A stretch of DNA of 64,000 nt, from assembly GCA_030141605.1 (NCBI GenBank), contig JAQGDQ010000137.1:434001-498000 (forward strand). Reading direction: 5' to 3'. A program made the translations under genes and the position numbers. This DNA comes from Tubiluchus corallicola (lineage: Eukaryota; Animalia; Priapulida). This document shows, piece by piece, positions 1 to 14,530 of this stretch (position 1 is the first letter of the stretch; every line of letters begins with the position of its first letter). The notes beneath the pieces were generated by a model, which saw nothing but the letters and a program-made list of their open reading frames with translations, was not told where the DNA came from and ran no database searches.

Positions 1-2145
1 GTGTTAACACGGTTTTCACTTTTACTTTTCAATGTTGCACCAAGCTTCGCGTGCCATAATTACGATTACAGAATTAATTTGTATATGGTAAACTTTGAAC
101 TGACACTTCTTCCTGCTTGCAGACTTGGACTTGTTGCTTAATCATGGACTTGTGTGAAACCGTTTGTTTGTTCTAGAGTTTAACACACTTTTACGTAGCC
201 TTGATATTATGTGCCTTATTACTCCGTAATCTCTTAAGTAGGTCTAGGAAGTTTCCTCTCAATTTACTATAGCCAATAATAAGTGCTGAGCTGACAATGC
301 TCCACCAAGACTTATATACTGCAGGGCGTAGGGATTATAACAATTTGATTCTCCTCCAAATATTGTTTTTAGTATGTTGCGTTATAGGCAAATCTTAATG
401 ACATTTAATATTATTTTAATTTGGTTTGATTAATCTGGTCTCTAAGAGTGTGAAGTTTGTACGTAAAAACTAAATAGTTTGTAAAACTGAAAATGTTATG
501 TAGCTTAATTAACTTATAGTAAACTATCGTTTAAGCAACGTTCGAATATCATATCATCCTCTCTTTACCGACTATGCAGACGGACTGAATATCTTGACTG
601 GATATCGCAATGGGCTAAATAAGACAAATCACTCAGACGTTTCCACTGATCACCTTCCGCAAATTTGTCGAATTCACGTCTTCTCTCGTGAATCTCAAAT
701 AAAAAATGGCAAATCAAAAAAATAAAATAAAATAGAATGATGAATGTAACTACTTCATAATCTTAACGTGAAATTCACGTGTAGAATTTAGAAAATGTCA
801 TATATCGTAATTTGAACAAACAGCAACAGCACAGGCGGAGTATTCTATCTTCTCTCCTAATACAGTTATGGCGAATCATATGACGTTTACATCTTTTATT
901 ACATAATGATTCTCCCTTTCAAAACAAAAATAGCTTTTTGTCTTTCCCCATGAAATGGAAAAATCCCACATAGAAATAGTTACATTCTCTGCAAACTGTA
1001 GTGTGACACGCTCATTGTTGCGGAAACACCATGAATTATGAAGTTAAAATGTGTACCGAAGCTAAAAATAACCGGTAATGCAATATCGCACTGAACGTGA
1101 AAGCTCTAAAAATTGACGCACCGCATATTTCACCTGCGTGGCTTCAGTTAATTAGACGTAAAACAAATACAGCACCTAGTGTCGTAAAAATAGAAAGTAG
1201 AACAAGATAAACAATATAAGTCAGAGTGATTGAAGCCTATGTGCAGAAAGAGCTGCACACGCTGCATAAGGAGTCGTTTTTAATTAAAATTGATCCGGCA
1301 TTTTAGCCCTACCAAATTTGGTACAAAATTAGTGTAATAAAGATCATTTCATGCATAACCTAATTAATTTATTAGAGGATTGCGACAGTATACATAATCT
1401 GGCAACAATGACAAGGCAAACAGTTTAGACAACAGGCATGAATTAAGTTGGAATCCGAAAAAGATCGACATACGAATTCAGCAAAAGCAGATTACTATAT
1501 AAATTTGAGTTTCTGAAGCAGTTGGTTTTTACAAGTTTTTATTTTTTTCTGTTATATTGCAACTGTTTTTCCTAAATTGACAACAACACATTATTTATAA
1601 TTGTTTTAACTTATTATTTGCATTTTTAAAAGTACTCTAAATTATAAAAACTAGTTGAATTAGTTCTGTGCTTGAGTGGTTTTGCAATTATAAAAATGCA
1701 TGTGGAAACACGTAGCACTATGGTACAAATTTTGGAATGTGAGGAAATGATAGCCACTATGCTTAAAAGTTATCACAAATGTATATGTTTTTATTATTTT
1801 AATTACTTTAGTACTTCTTATGTAATTTTTCTATCACAAATCAAAATCAAAGTTTTTTTACGAAATAACACAAACGAAACCATTGGCAAAGAGAAGCTAA
1901 CACGTATCGTACAGGTGTCCCTTAGAGCTGCGAATAACGACAGAACTAGGTGTCCTTTACTCAAAATTAAATGTTTTTCTCGTGGTTTTGCCGGCTCTTA
2001 GCCATCCTGTTCGGTTTGTTCTGTACAGGGAGAGGAAATGGTTTTCTGACACCTCCTGCTATCTGAAATGGCGAATGGTGACAAATGCGATTGGTGTTTT
2101 TATAAGACGTATTTATTTCTTAGATTTTCTCACTTATTTTTACAG

Positions 2146-2216
2146 CTGCAGAAGACAGCGAAAAAAAGCCAGCAGAGCAGACAGAATCATCCAGTTCGAC
2201 AGCTGATGGAACGTAG
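2146..2216 (+). CDS. Possible last coding exon of an upstream gene (xAEDSEKKPAEQTESSSSTADGT*)
   Basis: Acceptor CACTTATTTTTACAG at 2145, open purine-rich phase-1 frame to TAG at 2214-2216, AATAAA at 2761. No recognisable domain. Confidence 0.3.
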
Positions 2217-4096
2217 CTCACTCAACTAATCTCGTGTTTTCTACAAGAACGTGAAATATGAACAGTTTTGTTTCCATTTTAGGCGAAATCTTGCTAGTAA
2301 ATCAATCAACTGACTGCGTTAGTGCAGCTCGCGCTTATTAAAAGGGCTGTAATGATGGAGACTAATGCCTAACGCCGTGTTCTTCAATTTATGAATTTTC
2401 AAAGCATTAGACAGGGATGGTATATCGACCGGGTTCAGCTGGGTCTGTGTTTTCCTGTGGGTGTAAGCGCAACAACGTCCAGCTTATTAGAAATATACTT
2501 GCCGTAGAAATAACACTGGATATACACTGCCAGTGGCAAAACTTAAGACGATATAATTTTGCTTGTGCGCGATGTTTGAACTCGTAGAAATTGATAAATG
2601 TTTATGCCTGTATGTACATTTTTGTAAATCTTTCAATCAAAAGAACGTAGGTCTGTGTGTTTTGTCTTTTTTTAGCAAAATATGAAATTGTAAGCGATGT
2701 AGCAATGTATTAATCGATATGCCTTAAAAAAACTTAGGGCAAAGTGCGGAAGAAATCTCAAATAAATCATGTATTTTGTATCTGATTTTGTTTTGGTTTG
2801 TAAATTGTAAACTGACTAAAGAGCTCCGCCATTTTCTATTGAACTCGCGACGCGAGTACACTTTTAGTACTAGTATGCCATTGCCTGAATACGAAAAATG
2901 TGCCTAAAAAGTGAATTTCGTTCCACGAATCTGGCCTCAAATCTGGTTCAAAACTTGAAACTTTGGGAGATATGGACATTCAAAGTTTGTAGAAATGACG
3001 AATATTCGCCGTTTTTACGTATATATTTCACATTTTGAAGCTACTTAAAACCATGGTTAATCCTCAAATTTAAAAGTAAAAACTGTTACGATTAGCCTAG
3101 AGGCTACGATTACAGATACTAGAAGCCACTCTAACAAACAGCTTGACATGAAATTAGCTCTTAAAAACTATATAACCATAGAATTTCGTGCTAACAGTAT
3201 ATTTATTGGTCTATTATCTATGTGAAGCCCATTCGTTCACTGAACAAGTTTAAAGAACCCACACGCCAATTAATCTGAAACTGGTGTGATTGATGACGTA
3301 AACGAGCCATGTTTGCGATAACAGTACCAGAATATGCTATATTTGCAGACACTCAATACAGGGAAGGAAACCTTATTCGTGCATAAACCATGGGATTGCA
3401 ACCAATTGTACTAGATTAATTGCCCTAGGCACAGGTGTGCAAGGTACGTGAACATCCTTATAATAGCTTAACGAACTAATCTGCAAGCTGCACATTGATT
3501 GATTATAATGCCTTATTAGGAAATGTTTAAATCCAGGTAAGTAAATCATTCACATATCGCTCTTCTTATTTCGATTCAAGGATTCTCGATTTCTTGTGTT
3601 CTGGCTTGTGCACGGGGAACGCAAAGGACATTTTCATTACTTCTTGGCCAAGTCTGTGATTCGATACCCAACTGTAGGTATTATCACGTATAGCTCATCG
3701 GCTAACTTTGAATGGTATGTAGGTTTTTGTACCATGTATGAAACTTGTATACCATGAACAGGCGGTCTACAAGAATTTTTTGTGTGCAATATTAGATTCA
3801 GACTCTAATAATTGAACATTGATAAAAACAAGCTAAAAAAATTCACTTTACCTTTTAACTACAACATTTTACTACACAACGCTGTTGAAAAGTTACAATA
3901 GACAACATTTCGACCAATGGTGCACCTGGATTGCAGTTATAACAGAGAAAATAGCAGAGATTTTCTGCGTAAATCATCTAGTAATTAGTGTCATTTCATG
4001 CGGCTACCAGGGAAACGAGCCTGTTCAATGGTTAATTTTACAACTTCGCAACGCAAAAAATTCATGCTAATTAACCGTTTTAGGCTGTTTGCGTGC

Positions 4097-4257
4097 GCTC
4101 CATAATTACAATGCTTTCTTGATGTTGATGCACAAGCCTATATTTTTAATAAAAATCTGCGTTGTGCTGCACTTCCGCTCCACAATTACAATGCTTTCTT
4201 GATGTTGATGCACAAGCCTATATTTTTAATAAAAATCTGCGTTGTGCTGCACTTCCG
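4097..4257. repeat. 80-bp tandem duplication (2 copies)
   Basis: GCTCCA(T/C)AATTACAATGCTTTCTTGATG...GTGCTGCACTTCC repeated head-to-tail with one visible mismatch. Confidence 0.9.
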
Positions 4258-5067
4258 TAGCAACTAACGCGTTGTCAAAGAACCGCCACAAAAAGACCGC
4301 CAGACAAAAAAGTATCAGTTAGAGGACTACCGATTAAAGGTTCACCACAGACAAAGGACCACTAGTTATAGATCTACTTTCCACGTTACAAAAGTTGTCA
4401 AAGAACCACCTGACAATTAACAGGATGGGCAGGCAAACACCTGTCAAACGACCACTTATATGCATTATTAAATATGCCTGTTCACTTGGGCCTGATGCAG
4501 ATTTTATGTACTTAGCGATAATATTTTTAAGTACGTTTGATGATTTTTGGAGGATGAGTATGAATTGTATTTTTAATTTAATTTAATTTTGTGATTGGAA
4601 AATTATATTTAATTCTAATAGAGTATAGCTGGTGTTTTAAAAAACTTCCAAACTTAAAAAATTAGAGTTTCTAAAATTTAATTTAATTTCATACTTACAA
4701 AATTGTAAGGCTGTGGCTGGTGCTTTGCAAGTGTTTGCAAAAATTAAAATTAAAACTGATTATGGTGATGATGCACATATCTGATAGTCGCTGGCTTTTC
4801 AAACGTTTGACGCACACGTGAACCAAAGCTACATATTAACGTACAACTGCTCGCTTGAACGAGGTCTAAAAAGAAAACGCACGAAAATGGTCGTTTTTTG
4901 AAAAATGTTTTACTGTTTGCCGATCGTTACGAGAAAGATTTGTAAATATGTAGGCGTCACTCGTCATGTCTGATATGTGACAGTTTCAGAAGTAATGTAG
5001 CTCCGTGATTGCAATAAAAACTTGCATTGCAATGGTTAGGGTTACCGTGGGGAATAATTATTTCAGT

Positions 5068-5596
5068 TATTTTTACCTCTGCCAAGGAAGTTGTCCTTCA
5101 ATGTTGTTTGTTTGGTTGCTTTAGTCTATTATAGAACACGAAAACTACTTAACAAATTCCCACGAAACTTGTGGATGAAAATGGGTAAGGGGCAAGAAAG
5201 ATGTATTTTGGCGCAGATTCCTGGATAAAAGAGCAGGCGAAAATGGGCGTTCTGCCAAATTGGGCGTTTTTTTTATAAAACTTGACCGAACACAACGTAC
5301 AAAATACGTTTGTGAAGCACTTTGTAGAGGTATCTGAGAGAGTAATATTATATATACATAGTAGTGTATTAGAAGGCGGAGTAGCCTACGAGATAATTCT
5401 TTTTCGATATATACACGATACATACAACTAAGAATTGATTACACTTTGAGAAATTATCACTTAATTGGAAAACTGTGTAGAGCTGTCTATAACCTTTGCT
5501 TATATATGTATGTATATCAAAAGAATCAGTGGAACATTTTGATGATTTTTCGTTTTTGGCTTCGCTTTCGCCTTTCCTACTGAACGCATTCTAGTT
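5068..5596 (+). mobile_element. Helentron-associated / DINE-1-like non-autonomous element (degenerate)
   Basis: Starts TTTTTACCTCTGCCAAGG, followed by a GTTT microsatellite, and ends ...CCTACTGAACGCATTCTAGTT in T-rich flanks; this layout resembles HINE/DINE-1 elements. Confidence 0.5.
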
Positions 5597-8500
5597 TTAT
5601 ATTTTAGAAATTATTTGCATCAAAATAGCATTATGTGCCATTTTTCCTACTGCGCCATTTTTCCTGTGCCATTTTTACCTAGACCATTTTTGCCTACATT
5701 CCAGACTTTCATGTTTACTACCGGATTCTAGTCATTTCATTCTTATTGGGGAAACACGTGGGCTCTAGTGGACTGCTGCTTTCTGTGTGATGTTAGTAAG
5801 TAAAGAAAAGCCAATAAGCCTAAATGATAAAACATGGTTCCCATACAAGACGACACTATTTTCTAATTATTTCAACTGGCCGTCGAGTGCATCAAGCGGT
5901 AATCATGGCCTTTCAAGTATTGACAAAATAAATAGAGTAAAAACTTTACATTTAATCTTTGCAACATATTATCACACACTAATTCTTAATAACAAGAACT
6001 CTTAATGACACGACTTTAATCTTTCCAAGTAACATAACATTATCTCAGTAGAGAGCAAGAAATATCTCAAGTGATTTTTCAGTTGGTATTTTGCGAGGTC
6101 TAGTAGCTTTTATCTGGCGGTCATTTAACTGGAGGTCCTTTGTCTGTCATGTGAATTTTGACCTGAGGTCCTTTGCCTGGTAAGTCTTTGACATGTGGTC
6201 TTTTGTCCGTGATGGTCTTCTGAGGCTTTCATTGCTAGCCGCTTGTCTGGTGGTCCTTCGGGCTGGGGCCCTTTGACTGGTAGTCTGTTAACCTACACCC
6301 AAACTTTCATTTTCCTGGAATCAAAGATTTTTACTGGCATAATTTGGCTTAAGTATGTACCGCTACAGACTAGTTATTCAAACACCTTGCTGCTTGCCCT
6401 TTATCACACTCTTATTATTCCTTCTCTATTTCTCTCTCTTTCTGTTTCTCATATTCTAGCCATATATTCATACTTGCAAGTGCGTACTAACAATGAAGGT
6501 TAAGTGGACCTATAGCAAAGACAAAACAGTTTAGAAGTACTGTTTTGTTATTATATACCATTCATAACATGATGTTATAAAATTTAATCAACCTTCTATA
6601 AAATGCCTAGGCATTATACGGAGTGTCAAAACAAACCAGTGAAGTGTCCAAAATAATGTCTCCTATACACTTTTGGCACTATAGGCATTATATAAAATGC
6701 AAAACTTTTATTAGGCAAAGCGTGTAAGTCTTTTGTTTCAGATGTAAGTCTTTTGTTTTTGTTTTTGTTCTGAGGCATTTTGTAGAATGTTGAATAAATT
6801 TCAGGCAATGTGAAACTAAAACAACAGGTCAGTTATCTTGATGAACTTTTCCTGGACAAATTGTATAGTGCCAATTTTGTTTCAGAGAAACAGGTCATGT
6901 TTTATATAATTGCAAATTTGCGTGTTAAAATAGTTGACAAGCATGTTAAGCAAATGTTCAGGTTGCATGATTGTTTCATTCACAGCTGCTGCCTGGTTGT
7001 GCTTTGGATCCGGTAAAAAGTGCGGAATCCTTAAAGCGTGATCATTAAGTTGCCACATTTATCTTTGAAGGCTATCATACTTTGCATTCTAAGAAACTGA
7101 AACTCTGTACGAAGATACTACATATCACTGCGCAAACCGCAAAAGAGCCCGATTTTTCACTTCCCCAATACGGCCCTCAAGTGTGCCCATTAATGGAACT
7201 AAGTTATTTGGCCTATACATTATCACATGGTTGGGTTTCTTTCATTCTATTGTATTCATTCAAAGATGCACATTCTAAATTTCTACATAAAAAACAGATT
7301 CAACAGTAAACGCTTACCATGATTTTACTGAAACCATTAAATGGGATAAAAGGACGTGCCAGGTCCAAGGAAATTAAAATTTATAGTAGCGTTTCGTACA
7401 GAATGGATTCAGAAACACTAATTAGTCCATGCTTAATGTGAAAGAATAATTTTACATTGAACTCGTAGCAGGCAAATAAAGCAATGAGCACTAACAAACC
7501 AGCAATTAATTAGTTGTGTAAATGATGACATTAACGTCAGTGCGAAAATATAGCCTCCTCATTATTGCCTATGGTGCATGATGTTACGGTTGTTCTATCA
7601 GAAAAACAATGATTTAACACCTGTATAAGGAAATGACGTAAGAAATTGAACTGCTTCACACACTTTGTGATACACACATACAGATCGTGCAACCCCATAA
7701 TTATTCTAAAATCAACTACTATATTATTTACCTATTACTACTCAGTTATATTTTTAATTTATATAAAAGTTTTTTAGGATTAATAATTAACTCACCTGCT
7801 TACTTGAACTCCTTTCTTGATATAATAAACTGACTAAGCCGATTACATAGATTCTAGCTATTATAGCAAACGTCTTTAGTGTGAAAATGTCGCAGCAAAA
7901 ACATTTATTTCAGTTTTGTGTTATAAACACTTATAAAACGTTTTTTTAGCAATTATTCATTATCCCGAAATAAGCCCAGGAATTTTATATAATGTCTAAA
8001 TTTTACATTTTGCCTGTAATATAATTATTTCAATCTCAAAACATAAGATTTGTTCGTAGGTTCTGAATAATTTATTCGTAATTACTTCTGCTAGGAATGC
8101 CGAAACGTGACAATAAAATTTCGTATTCGTATTTAATTATGCAAAAATTCAAACATGATTAATAAACAATTTCTTATTAAACTGTTCACAGAGAGAGTCA
8201 GTCGTCCTATGATTTACCAAACGTACACGAAAGTTCATTCACTTTAAGTTTTTCTCATCATAACATTCCTTAAAAGTTTTTTTATATAACGTTTTTATGT
8301 ATGATATTATAAAGCCTAAGGCGAACAATAAGAAAAACTCATTTGTAACCCAGGTTTATACATACATTGAAAATTACAAAGTATAAACAGAATTACTTGA
8401 CAATAAAGCATCGGTGAATTTACATTGGCAAAAATGCATTATACTCTGTAACACAGCTAATTTCTAACTAATTTAAACTGCGAAAGTACTGAATATTAAC

Positions 8501-9729
8501 TAATTTCTATCCTTGAAATTTAGTGTATAGAGTTCTTTTAATAACTATTTGTCGCTTATATAATAAGAATTAGTTATCGCCCAAGTTTTAGTTTCTGGCC
8601 TATTTACCAAAGTAACCTTTTCTTTTTAATATGCACTTCAACGAATATGAATGCATAGATACAATTAACCATTAGGTACATGGGGATGGTCAAATAACGT
8701 ATCAGGTTGCCCGTTTTGGCTTCTTGGGGAAGCCAGGAAGGATTGAAGATTTTCAAAGGCTTATACTGAAATCAAACAAGTAACAACGTCATTGACATTA
8801 AAAGTAATTTAAAGCTTATCGATTCATTCAGCCACGTGAATTATACCAAGCAGCAGCAACACTACTCCTCAACGTTAACTCTCTCTCCTTGTATGCATAG
8901 TAACTTAAGTGCAAATCGAACCCACAATTTACTGTCTGACTGACTGTCTGTCTCTTGTAAAGCTAGTATGTATATAACTTCATTAAGTAGCTACGACTCA
9001 GTCGCATCTCGCAAAGATTGAATTGATTAGGTTTGATCTCTTCCAATTAAGTGCTCTATATTAGTGTCATCTTCGGGCAACAAGGCCTGAATGGAATTTA
9101 ATGAACAGCCAGGACTAGAGGTTCTTAATAACAGTAGTCATGGTTACTAGCTTACACGCGTATAAAATCATTTTTCGATTTCAATTTCAAATTAATTTAT
9201 TGATTTAACACGTATCACAATCACATTAATTGACACACAAATTTGATATATAATGTATTGTCATTAGAATAAAAATCATTATGTGAAAATGATCATTGTT
9301 ATTAAATAAAAACAATATAGGGAGATCTAAGAAGCCCTGGCTTAAGGCAGCCCACCCATAAGTATTTTTATAATAATGTATAAAACAGAATTTTCTCGGG
9401 TGTTAATCGTTAGTAGTTTTGTACACTATTATCCTAATATTAAAAACTACTGCTGGTTTCAAGGAAACATTACACAATAGTGGACAACAGGCGTATTTTA
9501 GAGTTATTTATCGATTTTAACTGTTCGTTTGTTCGCTATTGTATTGAACTTTAGTGTACCAAAATGTTGCAGGTGTCAAGGATTTTATGTTACTGCAAGC
9601 ATTTTCTTCTTCTTCACCATGTAATAAATATTTTGTTTGTTTGCTTCATTGTCTATCCCTGGATTCAACCACGTAAACTGCCTTCGTAATAGAACGCAGG
9701 ACTTGTAGACCTAATTCCATTTTTGTCTA

Positions 9730-10270
9730 TACAGGGTGTCCCAGAAGCCATTATACACATTACATTTTCCAAGTTTTTTTAGCAAATAAAGTAACATGCG
9801 TGAAAACTGGTATAGAGGAACTAAAACCTTCTGTGATTCTTTTATAATTTACTTTTGACTGGAACCATGCTGGTGACAGTAATGTTAGAAATGAGATGCT
9901 AAATCAGTCTGGTATGAGATTCTTCGATTATCAACTGAAGCTATGCGGAAGTTCAGAGTACGGCATACACCACACGTCAGTAAATGCATATGCGACCGCC
10001 ACACTCAATAACCGTTCAGGCAAGTTTCTTTCGCCATGCCGATTATGACAGTTTACCTATTTAAGACAGGATAGTATACTCCCATTTTATTGTTGCTGAG
10101 ACACCTCGTCTTAGTCTTGATAATAACCGGATGCGTGTCTCACCTCGCCCAATTGTATAAAATACACTGTGTCCCAGAAGTCACTATACACTTTACATTT
10201 TCTCATTAACAAACAAAGCAGAATGTTGGAAAATTGGTACAGGTGAACTAAAACTTTTGGCAATTCTTTT
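9730..10270 (+). mobile_element. Two direct, diverged Tc1/mariner-like termini
   Basis: TA-CAGGGTGTCCCAGAAG at 9730 and TA-CACTGTGTCCCAGAAG at 10163, each followed by about 100 bp of similar sequence. Confidence 0.5.
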
Positions 10271-11100
10271 AGTCAAATTAGGGGAAAATCTGTTCTACTA
10301 CATCATCAGTATGCTTTGCTCTTTTCGTTTCCTTCTTCAGGTACCTCAAGAGCCTTAGAGTCCAATCCAATGGCAAGTCGGGCATCTTGTATTGAAAAAG
10401 TTTCTCACAGCTCATGTGTCATGAGGAAGAGCTGCACCTAGTTGAAAAACTACTTTGTTAATGGTGAGAGAACAGTGTGGTTCATATGGTGCTCTAAATT
10501 TCTGCTGAAATTTGGTTGATCGAAAGGTCTCTAGCCTTACACCACATTTCTAGCGTTACTGTCATTGCCATGGCAACGGGGTTCCAGCATAGATAAACAA
10601 AAAGCATTGCCAAAAGAAAGGGCCCTTTTGGTTCGTGTAAGAGCTTTTTATAACTGGGAAAAAATTAAAGAGAAAATTAGAAATAAAAGTGTACAGTGGC
10701 ATTTCCGCTATAATGTCAATGTAATCAGAGTAAGTTGGAACTGTGCGATTAGGGAAATATTTGACTTTAAGCTAAACGAAAGTGTAAAACTACGTATGCA
10801 TTATTGTGGTATCATGCCAGTAATTTTTTTTGATTGACAGTCATAAATTGAGATTTTTAAAAAGAATTCAAAATTCCGAATCACTTGTCATACCAAAAAT
10901 GTTGTATTTTACGAATGATTCAGATGTTAATTAAAGAATAAAGTATGGTTGTACTGTTTGCTTTAATTTTAATGTGAAAAGAACAGTTAGAAAACCATTT
11001 ATGAATGTGTAAGCAACTAACATGATGGCATGATGTATATATGGATTATTTTTATTGTATTAATTATTTGTACTAAAACTTACATTGCCGTATATTTAAA

Positions 11101-12070
11101 TAGTCCGCTCAAGACAGAAAAATGTATGAGCCGGATAAAATAGTGTACGGCCGAATTTTTGCACAGACATCCAATAAGTCATTCAGAACAAATATTAAAA
11201 ATGCCCCATGAATCCACTATGGGGAAAAAGTTATGGGCTTTGAATTCAAAATGGCCGCCAATGCAGCACTAACGTGAAAATAACTCAAATAGGTGGCATT
11301 TAAGATGGAATAACTGTATTACCAGCAGATATAAACATGCATATTGCCTATCAGAAAATGTGTTTCAAGGTCATTCAAAATGGCCGCCAACAGCACTAAA
11401 GTTAAACTAACTCACATAAAAGGCGTTTGAGATGGCATAAATGTATTACCAGCTGATTTAAACATGTATATGGCCTATCAGGAAAATCTTGTCTCAAGGT
11501 CAAGGTCACTCAAAATGGCCGCCAACGCAGCACTAAAGTCAAAATAACTCAGCTAGGTGGCTTGTTACAATTATCAAAACAGGGAAAAACTGATTGATGC
11601 TGTACCTGACTATGACAATATAGATGACTTACACAGTAAAGAAGTATTTGTGGACGCCCTGTGTTATGATCAACCATAACCATAAGTAAGCAAGCATATG
11701 CACTTTTATATCAGCTGATAATACATTTATGCCGTCTTAAATGCCACCTAGTTGACTTATTTTGATTTTTTATGCTGCGTTGGCGGCCATTTTGAATGAC
11801 CTTGAAACACTATTCTTCTAACAGGCCATATTTGCGTTTATACCAGCTAGTAATGCATTTGTGCCATTTTAAATGCCACCTAGTTAAGTTATTTTGACTT
11901 TATAGCTGCATTGGCGGCTATTTTGCATTTAAAGCCCCGTAACTTACCCCCCCCAAGTGGATTTATGGAGATTTTTGATCGATGTTGTTTTGGTCAGCGT
12001 TCTGGGTGTCTGTGCAAAAATTCAGCCACACACTATTTTTGTCCGGTCAAACATTATTTTGACCAGACTA
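11101..12070. mobile_element. Foldback non-autonomous DNA transposon with long TIRs (Academ-like termini)
   Basis: TAGTC...GACTA ends flanked by AAA; long imperfect inverted arms (AATTTTTGCACAGACA / TGTCTGTGCAAAAATT); internal CAAAATGGCCGCCAA x3 on the left and reverse-complement copies x2 on the right. Confidence 0.7.
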
Positions 12071-12784
12071 AAAGGCTCATGTAATCGTTAGGCTAGCGAC
12101 TGAGGCGTGAATACGGTAATACACACCTAGGCGGAAGATTTATAACAGTTTATTTTGTAGTTCTGCTTGTCTAGTAGTAGGCCCCAAATGCCTCATTTTC
12201 TTCTAGCGAACTACTTTAAACTCCCCAGGTACATAGGCAAAGTGTTACTATCCATCACCAGTAGTAATTAAGGCACGTTTTATCTATATCTGTAGGTTAC
12301 AAATGCGGGTAAATTATTAATGATTCGCATCCACTGAGTAACATTTCTAATAAAACATAGCTGAGTTCTGAAACAACATAATGGCGCATCAAGAACTGAA
12401 TGTACCGTTTTCTACTGTCGCTGCCCTTTCTGCTTCAGTTAACTAACTTCAAAGACGGAAACGTTTCAACAGAATTCCGATAATTTTAGACGTCGTGCGC
12501 TCATTAATTAACATTGGTCTACAATACTATAGTTGGCAGGGTGCTAGTAATTCGTTCATCAGTAACTGTTGGCAATAAGAGTCCTGGCTTTATTGCTTTA
12601 ATTAGCCTTTAAGCCACAATATCCTAGACACAAAAATTGCGCACAGCTTTCAGGATTTGTTAAACTTTATGCCAATTGGTGCCTTTTAGAACTCATCTAA
12701 CACACACTTTTGTTTGTTTCCTATAAAAATGTTGAATGAAAAGCCGAGAATATAGAAAAACAAAAAAAGTTCGATAAGGAAACA

Positions 12785-12862
12785 GCTAGGCTAGATTTGA
12801 ACCAGGAACTGTTTGCTTACAAGACGAATGCCACAACGACTAGACTATACTGACCCAGTGCT
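12785..12862 (-). mobile_element. Degenerate tRNA-derived SINE-like head
   Basis: Minus strand has A-box-like TAGTCTAGTCG and B-box GGTTCAAATC at tRNA spacing; no intact cloverleaf. Confidence 0.45.
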
Positions 12863-12989
12863 TATTTGAAGTTCCCTGGTTCATATCTAAACTATGTCTC
12901 GATTTTTTCGTTTTACCGGGTTGGGGTGCTTGCAAAATGCAAATATTGTGTGCAACACTGTATAGTATTATCTCTCTCCTCTCCTCCAT

Positions 12990-14530
12990 GCTATCAGTAT
13001 GCAAATGATTACCAGTGCCTCAAGCAGACAAAGAATTATGGGTTGTCTTACTAGATTTGAAAAAAAGCAATGATAGCGTAAATAGAAATTGTGGACATTT
13101 TGGGGAGATTGGGTGTTGAAAAAACTTTTGTAGATTTTTGGAAAAATGGTATTCTGATTCAGAGGTTGAATTGTTGTGGAAGGGAATTAAATCTGAAAGG
13201 ATAAAAGTTACGTCGTGTGTCAAACTAGGAGACCCGAAATCATCAACGTTTTTTTTTTGTTTATACATGAGTGAGCTAGTAGAAGTGTTAGAAAACTCAA
13301 ATAAAGGATTTTACTTGTGCGAAGGTTTAGTTGTAAATGTCTTGGCTTTTGCAGATGGTGTAATCATTTTTGCTGAAAAACAGCACAGTATGTGTAATCT
13401 GTTAAATATAGCAGAGGACGTTTGTACACAGAATGGTATGAGTTTCAGTCTCAAGAAATGTGTTTCATTATTATTAGCAGGGAACGACATTACAGAAGAT
13501 GATCAATTCAAGTGGTCTGGATTCGAGTTAAAAAATTCATTGAAAGAGAAATATCTAGGAATGTTGTTAAGAGAACTTGAAAGCAAAAACAGCTGGAAAG
13601 AAAGAATCCCAGATTTAAGAAGAGCTTTTGGAGCTATTAAGTCCACTGCTACGTCCTCAAATGCCAGACGGGAAGTTGGAAGAACCGGTGGAAAGCAGTG
13701 ATTGTGCCTAAGATTATGTTTGGTTGTGTTGGCAGAACTTTTACCAAAAAGAAATAGACTCAAATGGTAGTTTACAGGATTCGTTTGCAGGGTGGATTTC
13801 GAAAACTAAAGGTGGGGCTGCGATAAGAGTTGAGGTTGGTTATTTGCCTTTTGAAGAAAGAGAGACCAAGGCACGTTTGAAATATTTGAACAGAATCATA
13901 TTTATGGATAGCGAGAGATTGGTTAAGAGAGTAAAGTCTTAAGAGAGCATTGGGTGATTTATCGCAGAATGGATTGCAAGGAATAACTGATGGAAGACTT
14001 TCCGAAAAAGGCTGGGATAATTTGATTGAACACAGAGTGAGAGAAAAGGATAAACCAAAGCCCTATTATGAAACCTGGAGCAATGTATGATTAAGAACTG
14101 TTGGTAAAAGCAAGGATTGATAACCTGAATGTCAATGGAAATCCCTTGTATAAACGGTGGATAAATGAGAATGATTGGGAGTGTAAATGTGGTTCAGAGT
14201 TAGAAACTTCAGAGCACATTTTTCGAAGTGCTCTCTCTACAAAAATGAAAGAAGAATGGTTTCGTGGGAAAGAGTTTGTCGTGATGATCGAATAAATTGG
14301 ATTCTATTTCAGAATGTTGATATGGGTAAAAAACTAGTCAGTGATATCATGAAAATGCATTACAAAGTTTGTGTGTTAAGAATTTTTTATTTTTCAGCCA
14401 AGTGACTGCACACCTTGATACAAAAAGGTTTGAGGCCTGGAAATGAACAGTACTGAAGACACTTAATTGTTGTGAGTGGCTGTAAGACTTTCAAACTTAA
14501 ATTGGGACCCTTTATAGGTCAAATATATAA
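12990..14530 (+). mobile_element. 5'-truncated, frameshifted non-LTR retrotransposon (RT domain, C-terminal zinc knuckle, 3' tail)
   Basis: ORFs 13138-13701, 13724-13942 and 14101-14295 give LGDPKSS (QGDPLSP-like), LAFADG (YADD-like), KYLG and CKCGSELETSEHIF (CCHC-like). Confidence 0.8.
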
